Positions 1 to 12,120 of a stretch of DNA of 64,000 bases are shown piece after piece. Numbering within the stretch: the first letter of the stretch is position 1; each line of letters opens with the position of its first letter. Made by a program: the position numbers and the translations under genes. This DNA comes from Octopus bimaculoides (taxonomy: Eukaryota): NCBI RefSeq assembly GCF_001194135.2, contig NC_069001.1, positions 18,177,171-18,241,170 of the forward strand, written 5' to 3'. Below the pieces are notes generated by a model. It saw only the letters and a program-made list of their open reading frames with translations. It made no database searches and was not told the origin of the DNA.

Positions 1-34
1 ATATATATATATATACATATATGTATACATACAT

Positions 35-67
<33 letters not shown>

Positions 68-138
68 AGCAATAATAAATCTCTGAGCAAGGTACAAACA
101 GTAGCTGCACCACATGATGAAGTATATTCACCACCTAA

Positions 139-776
139 ATGATATGACTGCGACACTTGTTTACAACTATGTGATCTCTAGACAACAGTACAAAGATACA
201 CACCCACATGTATACACATACAAACATACACATCCACATGTATACACACACAAATATATGCACCCACATGTATACACATGCAAATACACACACGTGTATG
301 TGTATATGTACGTAAATATCAAACAATGAGAATGAGTGCTCAACAACTCATTGAGGCTACAAGCTATAGTAGCATCAACCCTTAATGGTTAGCCACATTT
401 AGGTGGCAAATATACTTCATGATATATATTATATATATATATACATACATACATACATACTTTATCTGTGTATGAAGTTGTGTTAATCCAAAATGGAGAC
501 GAGCAACAATTTTTTGATATGATTGGCTTAAATAACTGTTGAGATATTTCTTAGCATGAAACCAGTTGTAGCCTTAATACATAAATATAGAACTTTTATC
601 CACCAATACGTTGTTGAGCACTCATTCTCAGTGTTTGATATTTTCGTAGATATATACACATACATATGTGTGTGCCTTTGCATGTGTATACATGTGGGTG
701 CATATATTTGTGTGTGTATCTTTGTACTGTTGTCTAGAGATTACATAGTTGTAAACAAGTATTACTGTCATATCAT
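139..776. repeat. Local inverted duplication (arms about 139-362 and 566-776)
   Basis: gatatgac...tctagacaacagtacaaagatacac...gagaatgagtgctcaacaac on the left is the reverse complement of gttgttgagcactcattctc...gtatctttgtactgttgtctaga...gtcatatc on the right; the left arm has extra copies of a ~30-bp cacccacatgtatacaca unit. Confidence 0.9.
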
Positions 777-824
777 AGTTGTGGTGTCTATTTCCAATCT
801 TCCACAAAAATATGTTTGGTCATG

Positions 825-945
825 AGGAAATATTACTTGACTTGGAAACAGGTGAGAGTTGGCAACAAGACGGGCATCAGGTAATAGACAATGTGCATCA
901 ACAAATTTAGTCTGACCCATGCAAGCATGGAAAAGTTAATGATTT
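825..945 (+). mobile_element. Short retroposon tail (ggaaacaggtgagggttggcaacag...gacccatgcaagcatggaaaag family)
   Basis: Related copies at about 3665-3755 (+), 18870-18960 (-), 44030-44140 (-), 59790-59900 (-); shares the catgcaagcatggaaaa...gatgatg tail style with RTE 3' ends in this window. Confidence 0.7.
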
Positions 946-1069
946 TATTCCTAAATAAAATTGCAAATTATGCTTCTCTCTCTCATAAAAGATAAAACCG
1001 AAAAGAAAAAAAGAGAAAAAAAAGATGGAGGGGCGATGAACTACATATCTCAGAACAAATGCGGTGCTC

Positions 1070-1262
1070 AGTGGTTGTAGTGGTAATGGTGGTAGCGGTG
1101 GTAGTAGTAGTAGTAGTAATAGTAGTAATAGTAGTAGTAGTAGCAGTAGTGGTGGTTGTAGTAGTGGAGGTGGTAATGGTGATGGTGAAAGTAGCAGAGA
1201 TAGTGGTAGTAGTAGTAGTAGTAGTAGTGGTGGTGATGGAAGCAGCTGCAGCAGTGGCTTTT
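1070..1262. repeat. Degenerate (GTA/GGT)n trinucleotide tract
   Basis: Direct reading; explains the poly-V/T/S ORFs at 983-1292. Confidence 0.95.
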
Positions 1263-1686
1263 TGTAGCATTAGGAGTAAATGTTTATTTTGAGGGTAAAT
1301 TTAATTGGGCATCAATCCTAAAAATACTGGAAATATTTTTATTTGCCAACAAAAGATTTGGTTCAGTTTTATTGATTTCTGAAATGTTATTTTGTTTTAT
1401 GCTTTGCTGTTGTTTTGTTGCATTCTTTTAAAATGTCGCTAAGTAATTAACACTAAAAAAAAAAAAAGATTAATCTTCATCATTTGACCTTCCAAGGCTA
1501 ATGATCAGTTTTAAAATCAAATCTTCTAGCAGGAATTTCTAAATATATATTTTAAGATCAAGGTATAAAAAATAACATGTTCACACACACACAACACAAA
1601 CATCAATAGTGTCTCTTGTATGAATGCAAATCTTGCAAGATATATCTGTGGAGTATATATATATATATATATAAATAAATGTGTGG

Positions 1687-1729
<43 letters not shown>

Positions 1730-1744
1730 AGTGTGTGTGTTAAT

Positions 1745-2170
1745 CTAGTACATATGTGGAAAATCGGTGTGTGTTTGTTTGTGGCGTTGTTAGCTAACTC
1801 CTTCTACATCATTTTATTGATTTTGATGAAACTTGACACATGAGTAGAGCTTGTGTCTGGAAACCTTGTGACGCACTTAAATTGTTGAAAAAAATCGATA
1901 ATACTGCCCCTGGAAGGGATCTTTATATCTACCTCATATAACTAATTTTTTAAACAACCAAAGGAAATAACCCATAGCACCTGCACAATATTTTTTTAAA
2001 CACTCAAGGGAAATAACCCAGAACATCTGTACACTTATTAGTTTTTAGTGAAGCGATCAATATTTGATTTTAACAATCAGCGGACCTAATTCTGCATTTC
2101 ACTACTCACAATTTTCAACTGCTAAACCTTATTATTGCACTTTCTTGATGCATGTACACTTTCAATGCCC
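1745..2170 (+). mobile_element. Probable non-autonomous Helitron-like element fragment
   Basis: Starts tctagta...aaaatcggtgtgtgtttgtttgt...taactcc...gattttgatgaaacttgacac, a pattern typical of HelitronN/DINE-like 5' ends; internal ggaaataaccca duplicated; 3' end not identified. Confidence 0.4.
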
Positions 2171-2569
2171 ATAACTCCAATAATTCTTCATTTTTCCAGT
2201 TAATCATTTCCGATGACAGTACATAAATTTGTCATTCCAGATTCAGTGGAACTATACTACATTTATATATTACCTTTAATAAATTAACCTTCATAAAGTT
2301 CACCTTTAAAATGCCATGACAAGTCAGAGTACTTTCTCATCAACCTCCGTAAACCTCTCTCTCTCCTCCAGCTGACAGTTTTTTGTACTTTTTCACAATG
2401 GAAAATACACCTTTTGTGGTAGTTTTAACGAAATTTCTTTCTTTTATCAGAGTAATAACATGTTTTAATAGAACATCTTTAGCACTGGGAATTACTGGGT
2501 ACACCAGTTAGTATATATATTTCTAAATTTTGGTATGTGGTGAAGCAACTGTTGCTGATCCTTTAATTA

Positions 2570-2605
<36 letters not shown>

Positions 2606-2688
2606 TATATAGATATTATGAATGTGTATGTGTGTATGTATTTGTGTGTATATGTACATGTGTATATATCTATGTATGTATATATATG

Positions 2689-2723
<35 letters not shown>

Positions 2724-2749
2724 ATACACACACATATATATATGTATGC

Positions 2750-2787
<38 letters not shown>

Positions 2788-2933
2788 GGTTTTACTCTTT
2801 ATTCTTCTATGTACTATTTTATTCCTTTATAAACTGTAAATTCCTTACCTAAAACTTTCATACTCACCTTCTCACTGATGATGGAATACCCAACATCAGT
2901 TGTCGAGTGGTTTTTGGGGAAAAACACACACAC

Positions 2934-2969
<36 letters not shown>

Positions 2970-3289
2970 GTATACATACAATGGGATTCTTTCAGTTTCC
3001 ATCTACTAAATCAATTCATAAGGCTTTGGTCAGCTCAAGGCTATGGTAGAAGACATTTCCCCAAGGTGCTATGCAGTGGGACTGAACCCAGGACCATGTA
3101 GTTGGGAAGCAAACTTCATTCCACACAGCCATGCCTGCAGCTATATATATGTGTGTGTGTGTGTGTGTGAATATATACATTTTCTTTGTTAGCCATCACA
3201 GGGTGTTTAACACCAGTAACATTGTTGTGGATAATGCTCCTCTTGAAGAGTTTTAAGGGGACATTTGCAGGAAAAACTATGGTAGAAAA

Positions 3290-3550
3290 TTTCAGGGGTT
3301 ATGTTCTAGGGAAAAAGGAATGAATGGAATGGTTAGTGGAGGGGTGGATATGATGGGGGGGGGGGATGAAAGGGGCGGAAATGAGTGAATCAGAAGAGTC
3401 TGAATAGAGATGTCAGGAAATTGGTAAGGCCCAAGAAGCAGAGGCCACTGTAGTAGTAGTGGAAAAGGTAGAGAGTGGATAAAGCATGTCTGATAACCAG
3501 ATGGTTGGAGTGAGTTGGGGAACGACTTCATGCCAATTAACTGGGAGGTG
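3290..3550 (-). mobile_element. Decayed non-LTR retrotransposon 3' ORF remnant
   Basis: Minus strand reads SLYLFHYYYSGLCF-like, matching the YLYYNGLYFSEL-like remnant at 34060-34690. Confidence 0.4.
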
Positions 3551-4311
3551 TTACACACACACACACACACACATACACAAGCAGCGTCATTCATTTGCAG
3601 CCCTCCATAAAATCCTGTACAATCGTACTGTTTGTGTTCTAAGGGCTAGGACAAACATTATCTTATATAGAAACAGGTGAGGGTTGGTAACAGGAAGAGC
3701 ATCTTACCATAGGAAATCTATCTCAAATTTTGTCTGCCCATACAAGCACAAAAAAGTAGACTTTTGTCAGTTTCTATTTACTAAATTCCCTCGCAAGGTA
3801 TTTATCAACCTGGGGAAATATTATAAGCCATCTAATGAGCTGCAAACTTTTCAAACATGATTGCACTTGTATCATTGTCGTCATTTTAACATCCACTTTT
3901 CTGTGCTCTCATGGGTCTCACAAAATTTACTGAGTTAGATTTTTCTACAACCCAACGTCCTTCCTGTTGCCAACCCACACCCATTTCCAAGCAAAATACT
4001 ATTTCTTCACAACCAAACACGTTTCCATAGAAAACTGGAAATGAAGGATACTGATTGTATGACACTGATGCTCTTTTACAGCTATGAGATGTCATCAAGA
4101 CAAAAAGACACCAACACACACACACACACAATACACACACCCCATGCACACACACATGCATGAAGGGCTTCTCTTGGTTTTCATCAACCAAATTCACTCA
4201 TAGGTCTCTGGTTGGCCTAGGGCTATAATAGAAGATACTTGTGCACAAGATAATACACAATATGACTGAACCCAAAAACCATGTAGTTAGGAAGCAATAT
4301 ATATTTCTAAA

Positions 4312-4382
4312 GCATTCCTTTGGTTCAATGGTAGAATGCCTGTCATATCTACAGGAAATGTAGGTTCAAGATCAATGGCAAC
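4312..4382 (+). pseudogene. Degenerate tRNA-like sequence or isolated SINE head
   Basis: gcatt..tggttcaatggtagaat (A box), cctgt-7nt-acagg stem, ggttcaagatc (B-box-like), followed by a T run; acceptor and T stems are broken. Confidence 0.4.
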
Positions 4383-4580
4383 CTTTAATTTTTTCTGTTC
4401 AGAAAGGTTTTTAACCAAACTTTTACATGCTATTATTTATAGCTTTATCTACTTGAAAATCTGTAGTTAAAAAAGATGAATTATTCTATGTTATTGTGAA
4501 GTTTCTAAATCCTTATGATGTAAACAATATATACATAACAGCATTTTAGTTCACTTGAAGTATTGTATAGAGAAGTAGAA

Positions 4581-4905
4581 AATGAAAGAAGAGAGAAATA
4601 ACGAAAGCTTCCGACAATGCTGAAAGTTTTACAAAAAACCCTTTATATTTCAGATACAAAGACCTATCATCAAGAGAAAGCAGACAAAAATATGTTTTTA
4701 CATAGATTTAATTATTTTAAATTGCTCGTCATTTGGAGAGTTGCTGCTGCTGCTAACCCAAACTCTGAGCAGTTTAAAATAATGAAATCTATGTAAATAC
4801 ACATAACTGACTGCATCCTTCTGAAGATGGGCTTTTGCATCCAAAATATATGGGTTTTTTTTGTAAACCTTTCTGCGTTATTAGAAGCTTTCCTTATTTC
4901 ATTGT
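4581..4905. mobile_element. MITE-like element with long imperfect terminal inverted repeats
   Basis: aataacgaaagcttccgacaatgctgaaagttttacaaaaaaccc versus reverse complement aataaggaaagcttctaataacgcagaaaggtttacaaaaaaaaccc; inverted similarity continues inward (tttcagatacaaagacctatc / gatgggcttttgcatccaaaa). Confidence 0.55.
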
Positions 4906-5026
4906 TTTTCATCATCAATACATATATAAGAAAGATGACAAAGGAATAAATTATTAAGGCCCTGAACTATGAGTCCACTGCATCTTGTAACAGAAACACC
5001 TATAAGCTAATGAAGTTCAATATATA

Positions 5027-5906
5027 CAAGGGGGTACCCAAAAGAAACTGGAATTTTGCAATATTATTTTATTCATTTAGTTTTACATGTTTACACTTTT
5101 ATTGCCTTCAAAGTATTCTCTATTTGTCCAGATGTGTTTTCCACTATTTGAAGCAGTGCTGGAACTCTTGTGAAGAGAGGCCTTTCAAGGCCTTCATGGT
5201 TTTTTCTTCACCTCTTCCACATCTGAAAATTCCAGAGCACCAACTTTCACCACCTGTGATGACCTTCAAAAAAAGGTCCAGATCAACTTTTAGCTGTTCT
5301 TTCAGTTCGTGACATGCGTTCAGTCATGACTGCTGTTGATCTTCCATGAGGAAGTGAGGCACAAATTTTGCTCTAACTCTTTTCATTCACAATTCCTCAC
5401 TCAAAATTTGTTAGCAGGAGCTCCAGGACACAACAGTCATATCAAGTTTTTCAATGACAGTCCTCCAAGATCAGTTCATGAATTTTCATGATGTTTTCAT
5501 TCATTCGGGAGGTAGACAGTCATCCTGAAAGAGGTTGGTCTTCAAGCGACAAGTGACAATTCCAAAAGCATGGAAACCACTTGTAAACTTGTGTTTTGCT
5601 CACAGCAGCATCCTTGTAAGCTGTTTGAAGTATGACAACTGTTTCAGTTGCCATTTTCCTTAGCAGAAAAAAGAATTTCATGGAAGCACACTGTTCCTTC
5701 ATTTCAACCATTGTAATATCAACAAACAGGGGAGAGGTACTGCAAAACAAAGACGAAGCACATGGCAGTATGACCATCCGACAATGCTGGTTGGCAGACT
5801 GATGCCTGAGGGTCGCATCAAGTGGCTACTTGTAGTTCAGGAAGCCTGAACTATAATGGAAAGCCTAAACCACAGAAAATATTTTGGGTTACTTTTGGGT
5901 ACCTAC

Positions 5907-5910
<4 letters not shown>
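5027..5910 (-). mobile_element. Internally deleted mariner transposon
   Basis: TA-flanked TIRs (caagggggtacccaaaagaaac / ttacttttgggtacctacctca); minus ORF 5520-5777 encodes a mariner N-terminal HTH (KFFFLLRKMATETVVILQTAYKDAAVSKTQVYKWF...LEDQPLSG). Confidence 0.85.
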
Positions 5911-5959
<49 letters not shown>

Positions 5960-6040
5960 AAGTAAAGTTGTAAGGAATCGTATGAATGAAAATATATATG
6001 AAAAAAGGTATGAAAATGCAATAACTTTTAGAGATGTTTA

Positions 6041-6088
6041 TTGACTTGACTGGTTTCACTTTTTTAGAAAAAGATTGTCAAAAGTAAA
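6041..6088 (-). ncRNA. Degenerate type I hammerhead-like motif
   Basis: Minus strand: tttactt-ttgacaa-t cttttt cta aaaaag t-gaaa-ccagtc-aagtcaa; stem I 6/7 pairs, core differs from CUGANGA at 2 positions. Confidence 0.4.
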
Positions 6089-6424
6089 ATGTAAAGCTTT
6101 GTATAAGCTTTCTGTTAAGTACTGGTTATCACAAAAGTATTAAAGCACAGTCAAACATTCTTTGATTATGATAAGAAAATGTTAAAAACAGTTTACAAGA
6201 AAGTATTCAGAACGGGACTACAATAAGTATTATGAGTTCATAAAAATCATGTTTGTTTGGTATTTGTTGTGTCGACGCCCCCAAGTGAAGAAGTAAGATC
6301 GCCCAAGACATATAAATAGAGGCAGTCTGGTTTCGGTAGGAGTTGAGTAGCTCTTGGGTAGCAGTCGAGCAGAGATCATCCAAAGGTGCTAGATAGCAGT
6401 AGCTTGAGACATAACAGTACTATA

Positions 6425-6463
<39 letters not shown>

Positions 6464-6679
6464 ACACATCCCAAAAATTGGAGAGGAATAACTGACCTGT
6501 CTGTCTGACATTTTCAGTCTTGTGCTTAGCTAAGGAATGTTTGCTATTTTAAGAGACAGTGTGGGAGGTTGGAGTGGGGAGGAAGAGCAATGTGGAATCA
6601 AAAGGATTTTTTGTTTCTGGACTAGTCTGTCAGGGTTCAGTGGTTTTTGGGACTGGTCTTAAAGGTCAGAATGGTGTGA

Positions 6680-6782
6680 GTGTGTATATACATGTGCTTG
6701 TGTTTGTGTGTGGGGGCCATTTTTGATTGGTCCCAGAATTATTGTGGTGTGTGTATATGGGTCTGTGTGTGTTTTTTCTTTT

Positions 6783-6834
<52 letters not shown>

Positions 6835-7200
6835 TTTTTTACTGGGGAACGGGTGTATTGTGTTTGTGTGTGTATATATGCATGTGTGTGTATCTGTGTA
6901 TGTGTGAGTGTGATTTGTAATTGTCAGGGTGGTGTATGTAGGTGTGTGCATGTATGTGTTTACGTATGTGTGTGTGAGTGTTGGTTATGGTTGCTAGAAT
7001 CGTATTGCAAGTGTATATATGTATGTGTTTTTTCATGCAATGTGTGTGGGTTTGTGCACAAGTGTAGGGATATTGTGTTTGTGCATGTATGTATACGTAT
7101 GTGTGTGTGTTTGCATGGGAGGTTTGCATTGTATTTTGTACATCTGTATGTGTTTCTGTGTGTGTTTGTTGTGAGTGTGTACCTGGGGGGTGGGGTATAT
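6680..7200. repeat. (TG)-rich degenerate microsatellite tract
   Basis: Direct reading; explains His/Thr- and Cys/Val-rich ORFs here. Confidence 0.9.
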
Positions 7201-7201
7201 G

Positions 7202-8276
7202 TTAGAGTATGTTGAGTTGTGGTCTGTATTTTTGAATAAGATTATTTTTCCTATTTATTCGTGTTTGGTCAATGGTGTTGTCTGGGCATTGGTATAGTGG
7301 AAAAACAAGGAATTTGAGGAACTTGTTTTGTGCACAGAGATCTAAGTTACCACTAAGTGGTATCTGTCTTGTGGTGGGGTCCCTCAATTGTTGGCAGTGG
7401 ACTGTCATCCTTTCTTTGAGGGTTAGTCTTGTTTGCCATATGTAATCTTTGTGGTACCCTTCACACCTTTTGGCATAAAGTAAATTCTTTGATGCACAGA
7501 TGGAGTTATTTTTTACGACAAAAGTGTGTCCCGACTGGAATTTGTATATTGTTCCTTCAATGAGGTGAATGCAACTCCTGCAGTTGGAACGACCACATTT
7601 TTTGACGGTGGGTGCATTGGTGAGTAGGTTTTTTAGGGATTTAGGTTGTCTCTTGCTTTTTATTATTTTATGGGTTTCAAGTACTTTTTTTAGAGGGATG
7701 TTCTTGTATATAATTGTGTAAGCTTCTGCATTTCTTGGATTGTGTGTTGAGAGATACAGGAGAATATTTAATGTACCGTGAGTGTGTTTCGGTTTTCGTA
7801 AGTCTTGGGCATCTATTGTCTTGGCCCATTCTATTGAATTGTCAACTAATGATGCTGGGTAATGTCTTTTGAGAATTGCCTTTAGTTCTTGGAGTCTTTT
7901 ATTTCGCGTTCTATAATTTGAGACAATTGTACAGATTCTTCTCGCTAAGTTGAAGATGTTTGTCTTCGTGTGATTTGGGTGATTGGAGGTGAACAGAAGG
8001 TATTGTTTGGAATCAGTTGGTTTGTAGTGGATATCAGTTTCAATGTTGGTGCCTTTTTTTATAATAAGAATGTCAAGAAAAGGACTATATTCCATTGTAA
8101 ATTGAATATGGTTGTTGACACTGTTTGAAGTCATTGAGTTGGTTGAGTGTTTGGGACCATAGGATGAGGCAATCATCCAAGTAGCATTTCCAATTCTCCA
8201 ACAGGTATTTGTGGAAAGACAGGCCACACACTCAACCAACTCAGTGATTTCAAAAATATAAATTCACAACACATCA

Positions 8277-8277
<1 letters not shown>
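7202..8277 (-). mobile_element. Penelope-like retroelement, 5'-truncated and frameshifted: RT C-terminus plus GIY-YIG endonuclease
   Basis: KYLLENWKCYLDDCLILW (YLDD at 8172-8183, frame adjacent to the listed ORF), then IQFTME..PFLDILI..ETDIHYKPTDSKQYLLFTSNHP (RT thumb), CGRSNCRSC linker and LLYAKRC...YIWQT...LKERMTVH (GIY-YIG). Confidence 0.93.
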
Positions 8278-8318
<41 letters not shown>

Positions 8319-8964
8319 NNNNNNNNNNNNNNNNNNNNNNNNNNNNNNNNNNNNNNNNNNNNNNNNNNNNNNNNNNNNNNNNNNNNNNNNNNNNNNNNNN
8401 NNNNNNCCGGTTTCACTTTTTTTAGAAAAAGAGATGAGAGTCCAGTCAGGTATCAACTATAGCTAAAGTTAATACCTAACTGGACTCGCGTCTCTTTTTC
8501 TCATAAGGATAAATATGAATCTCCTAGATTCTGTTCTGCTATTTCCTTTCACAAGTTCTTTGTAAAAATTTTGTTCATACTTCTTGCACTGAAGAGTACA
8601 TTGGTATATAATTAATTAATTTTATTAATTTAATTTAATTCTTTTCAACCATGAATTTGCATGATTTTTATATCACTGTACGAAGCGATCGTCTGCATGA
8701 ATTAAAATTCTCTTATATATTTTAACAACTTCTCTTCTCCATTTTTAACTAAATGGTTGAGTTTTATGGGATTTCTTTCCATAAATTCACAACACATCAT
8801 ATACAAGTATTATTTTCATATTTGCAAATTTACGCCTGTAAACTACCAGCAAAATATGAAGAATCAATATCAGAAATATTTTTTGGAAACCTCCAAATTA
8901 AAGGATGAATCTAAATTCAACCTTTTTACACCTATATATATATATATGTATATAATGCTATGCA

Positions 8965-9420
8965 GTAGGAATCCACTGTATGATACCTTGAGCAAGTATT
9001 TTCTGCTATAGCCCTGGGCTAACCAAGGCCTTGTGGGTGGATTTGGTGGACGGAAACTGAAAGAAGCCTATTGTATGTGTGTATATTTACGTGTGTGTGT
9101 CTTTGTCCCCCACCACTGTTTGACAACTGCTGTTAGTGTGTCATTTGACTGCAGCTATGTTAGTGTATTGCCTTGAAGGGTTTCTTCTGTGTTGAAAACA
9201 AATTGACCCCAGGACTTTTTTATTTTTAAGGCTGGTACTTATTCTATCAGACTCTTTGCTGAACTGGTAAGTTATAGGGATAACTTACCAGTTCAGCAAA
9301 GAGTCTGATAGAATAAGTACCAGCCTTAAAAATAAAAAAGTCCTGGGGTCAATTTGTTTTCAACACAGAAGAAACCCTTCAAGGCAATACACTAACATAG
9401 CTGCAGTCAAATGACTGGAA
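8965..9420 (+). mobile_element. tRNA-derived SINE (family A) containing a perfect inverted duplication at 9141-9414
   Basis: accttgagcaagtattttctgctatagccctgggctaaccaaggccttgtgggtggatttggtggacggaaactgaaagaagcc core, tail ...cagtcaaatgactg. Confidence 0.85.
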
Positions 9421-9436
9421 CAAAATCAAAGATAAA

Positions 9437-9438
<2 letters not shown>

Positions 9439-9512
<74 letters not shown>
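9439..9512. repeat. (GT)n microsatellite
   Basis: Direct reading. Confidence 0.98.
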
Positions 9513-9514
<2 letters not shown>

Positions 9515-11957
9515 ATTGAGCACAAAGCAGATAATCCATGTTAGGGATCAAACCCTACAATTGTGTTATAGTTGTGACAATCTACTCCTTTTCCTTTCAT
9601 TTTAATTTTGCTTTTCAGATAAGGGCTACATGAGCCAATGTGTCCATTTTTAATACATTAATGTGTGCTTTGAAGGACAGTTGGCTGTAATTTCTAAAGC
9701 AGGTTTACAACCTGCTGTATAAGTTACTTCACTGCAGCTACCCCACTAGTTTGTGTGAATGAGACCTGTATATAAATATATGAAGTTAAAAGAAAAAGAA
9801 TCTTGGGATACTGTAAAGTAAATCTCTTTGTAATGAATGGTGTATCCATATTAAATAGGTTCATACAAAGAAAACATTTGACAACCCAAACATGTCATAA
9901 TACAACATAAAACTCTAACAGCATTTCAATGGTGTTACTCATGCACAAGAAACTTATTAAGGCTCCTGAGTTCTTTAACAATTCATACACACACACATAT
10001 ATACACCTACATACATGGATGGATATATATATATATATATATANNNNNNNNNNNNNNNNNNNNNNNNNNNNNNNNNNNNNNNNNNNNNNNNNNNNNNNNN
10101 NNNNNNNNNNNNNNNNNNNNNNNNNNNNNNNNNNNNNNNNNNNNNNNNNNNNNNNNNNNNNNNNNNNNNNNNNNNNNNNNNNNNNNNNNNNNNNNNNNNN
10201 NNNNNNNNNNNNNNNNNNNNNNNNNNNNNNNNNNNNNNNNNNNNNNNNNNNNNNNNNNNNNNNNNNNNNNNNNNNNNNNNNNNNNNNNNNNNNNNNNNNN
10301 NNNNNNNNNNNNNNNNNNNNNNNNNNNNNNNNNNNNNNNNNNNNNNNNNNNNNNNNNNNNNNNNNNNNNNNNNNNNNNNNNNNNNNNNNNNNNNNNNNNN
10401 NNNNNNNNNNNNNNNNNNNNNNNNNNNNNNNNNNNNNNNNNNNNNNNNNNNNNNNNNNNNNNNNNNNNNNNNNNNNNNNNNNNNNNNNNNNNNNNNNNNN
10501 NNNNNNNNNNNNNNNNNNNNNNNNNNNNNNNNNNNNNNNNNNNNNNNNNNNNNNNNNNNNNNNNNNNNNNNNNNNNNNNNNNNNNNNNNNNNNNNNNNNN
10601 NNNNNNNNNNNNNNNNNNNNNNNNNNNNNNNNNNNNNNNNNNNNNNNNTCTACCAAATCCACTCACAAGGCTTTGGTTGGCCAAAGGCCATAGTAGAAGA
10701 CACTTGCCCAGGGTGCAACACAGTGGGACTGAACCCAGAGCCATGTGGTTGGGAAGCGAGCTTCTTACCACACAGCCATGTTATATATATAATATGTACG
10801 TATAAATATGTATGTGTGTGTGCATGTGTGACTGGTAGTTCCAGATTTTAAATTTTCTCAGGTGAGCAGCTAAAAATAACTTCAGACTTTCTTTTTAACA
10901 GTGATGGTGGGGACATGACAGTGAGATTGAGGTGTGTAGTTACATGTCAATCTTGATCAAAACATGGACAGTGGTGGGTGGGTGAAGAATCTCAGAGTTC
11001 AATCAGTGGTGAGGGCAGTAAATAGAATTAAAAATCTTTTGAAGTTTTTTCTAATTAATTTTCACCTTTTGTTTATATTATTTAACCCTGGGTTAACCTT
11101 CATTGAGCAGGTTGTACAATCAAAGTCATTCCCATCATGAAAGGAAGGTGGTTTTTATTCCACTTTTTTTTCAGTCACCTTTCTCTATGACTCATTACAT
11201 GTAAGATCAGTGCTTTCTTAAAGGAAGTACATGGCACTCTGGGCAGTTGTCTGGGAGCTCCATGGGCTTAGGGATCTTGGGGGACCAATTGTATACTGAG
11301 ATATAATCTAGGTTGTGTATGTAGGGACCCCCTCCCCCAGTGCTCTGCTTTGTCTGGGGACAGTCTATAATACTGTTAAGATGGTCCTAAGAATGATGGG
11401 ACAGAAATGACAGCATTAGAAGGACTCACTTACTTGGGAGTGGGACCCACTGAAGTTTGTTTTCATATATTGAGATAAATCTGTGTAAGGAGAGGAAGAT
11501 TGAAACTTTTGGCCTGGATAAGTGCAAACTTCAGGGTTCACTGCTTGAGAGTAAGGGAAGGAACACATCCACTTGTTGAGTTGGGACAATCAGAAATATT
11601 TACACATTTCTTGTGATAACTTTAGGAGAGAGCCATTTTGATAATAATCAGCTGATGCCATTAAGCAGAAGCATCTAATAACAATAACTGGTTGATAATA
11701 CTGATTTCTAATTTTGACACAAGGCCAGCAAATTTGGAGGAGTGGAGTTAGTCAATTATTTCAAACCCCAAAAGGATGAAAGACAAAGCTGATCTCAGCA
11801 GAATTTGGAGTTAGAACCTAAAGATGGAGAAAATGCTTAGCAGCATCTTATCCAGCATGCTAACAATTCTGCCAGCTCACTGCCTTAAACTGGTTGATAA
11901 TATTAACTTTGATTACAATAAGCAACTTCCACAATGTGTGTGTGTGTGTGTGAGAGA

Positions 11958-12120
11958 GAGGACGCACAGCCTAGTGGTTAGGGTGTTGCATTCACAATCG
12001 TGAGATTGTGGTTTCAATTCATTCCTAGACTGGGTGATGCATTGTGTTCTTGAACAAAACATTTAATCTCATATTGCTCTGCAATCACTTTGACACCTGA
12101 CACACTGTGCACCTATACAG
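11958..12120 (+). mobile_element. tRNA-derived SINE (family E), 5' part
   Basis: gcctagtggttagggtgttgcattcacaatcgtgagattgtggtttcaattc...gcattgtgttcttgaacaaaac; related copies at 14445-14570 (+), 25480-25620 (-), 43380-43590 (-), 50983-51320 (-). Confidence 0.75.

Noticed and set aside
525-573. ctgttga...gaaaccagtt-gtagcc as a hammerhead
   Set aside because: Core mutated and no convincing stem II or adjacent stem I; at most a heavily decayed relic.
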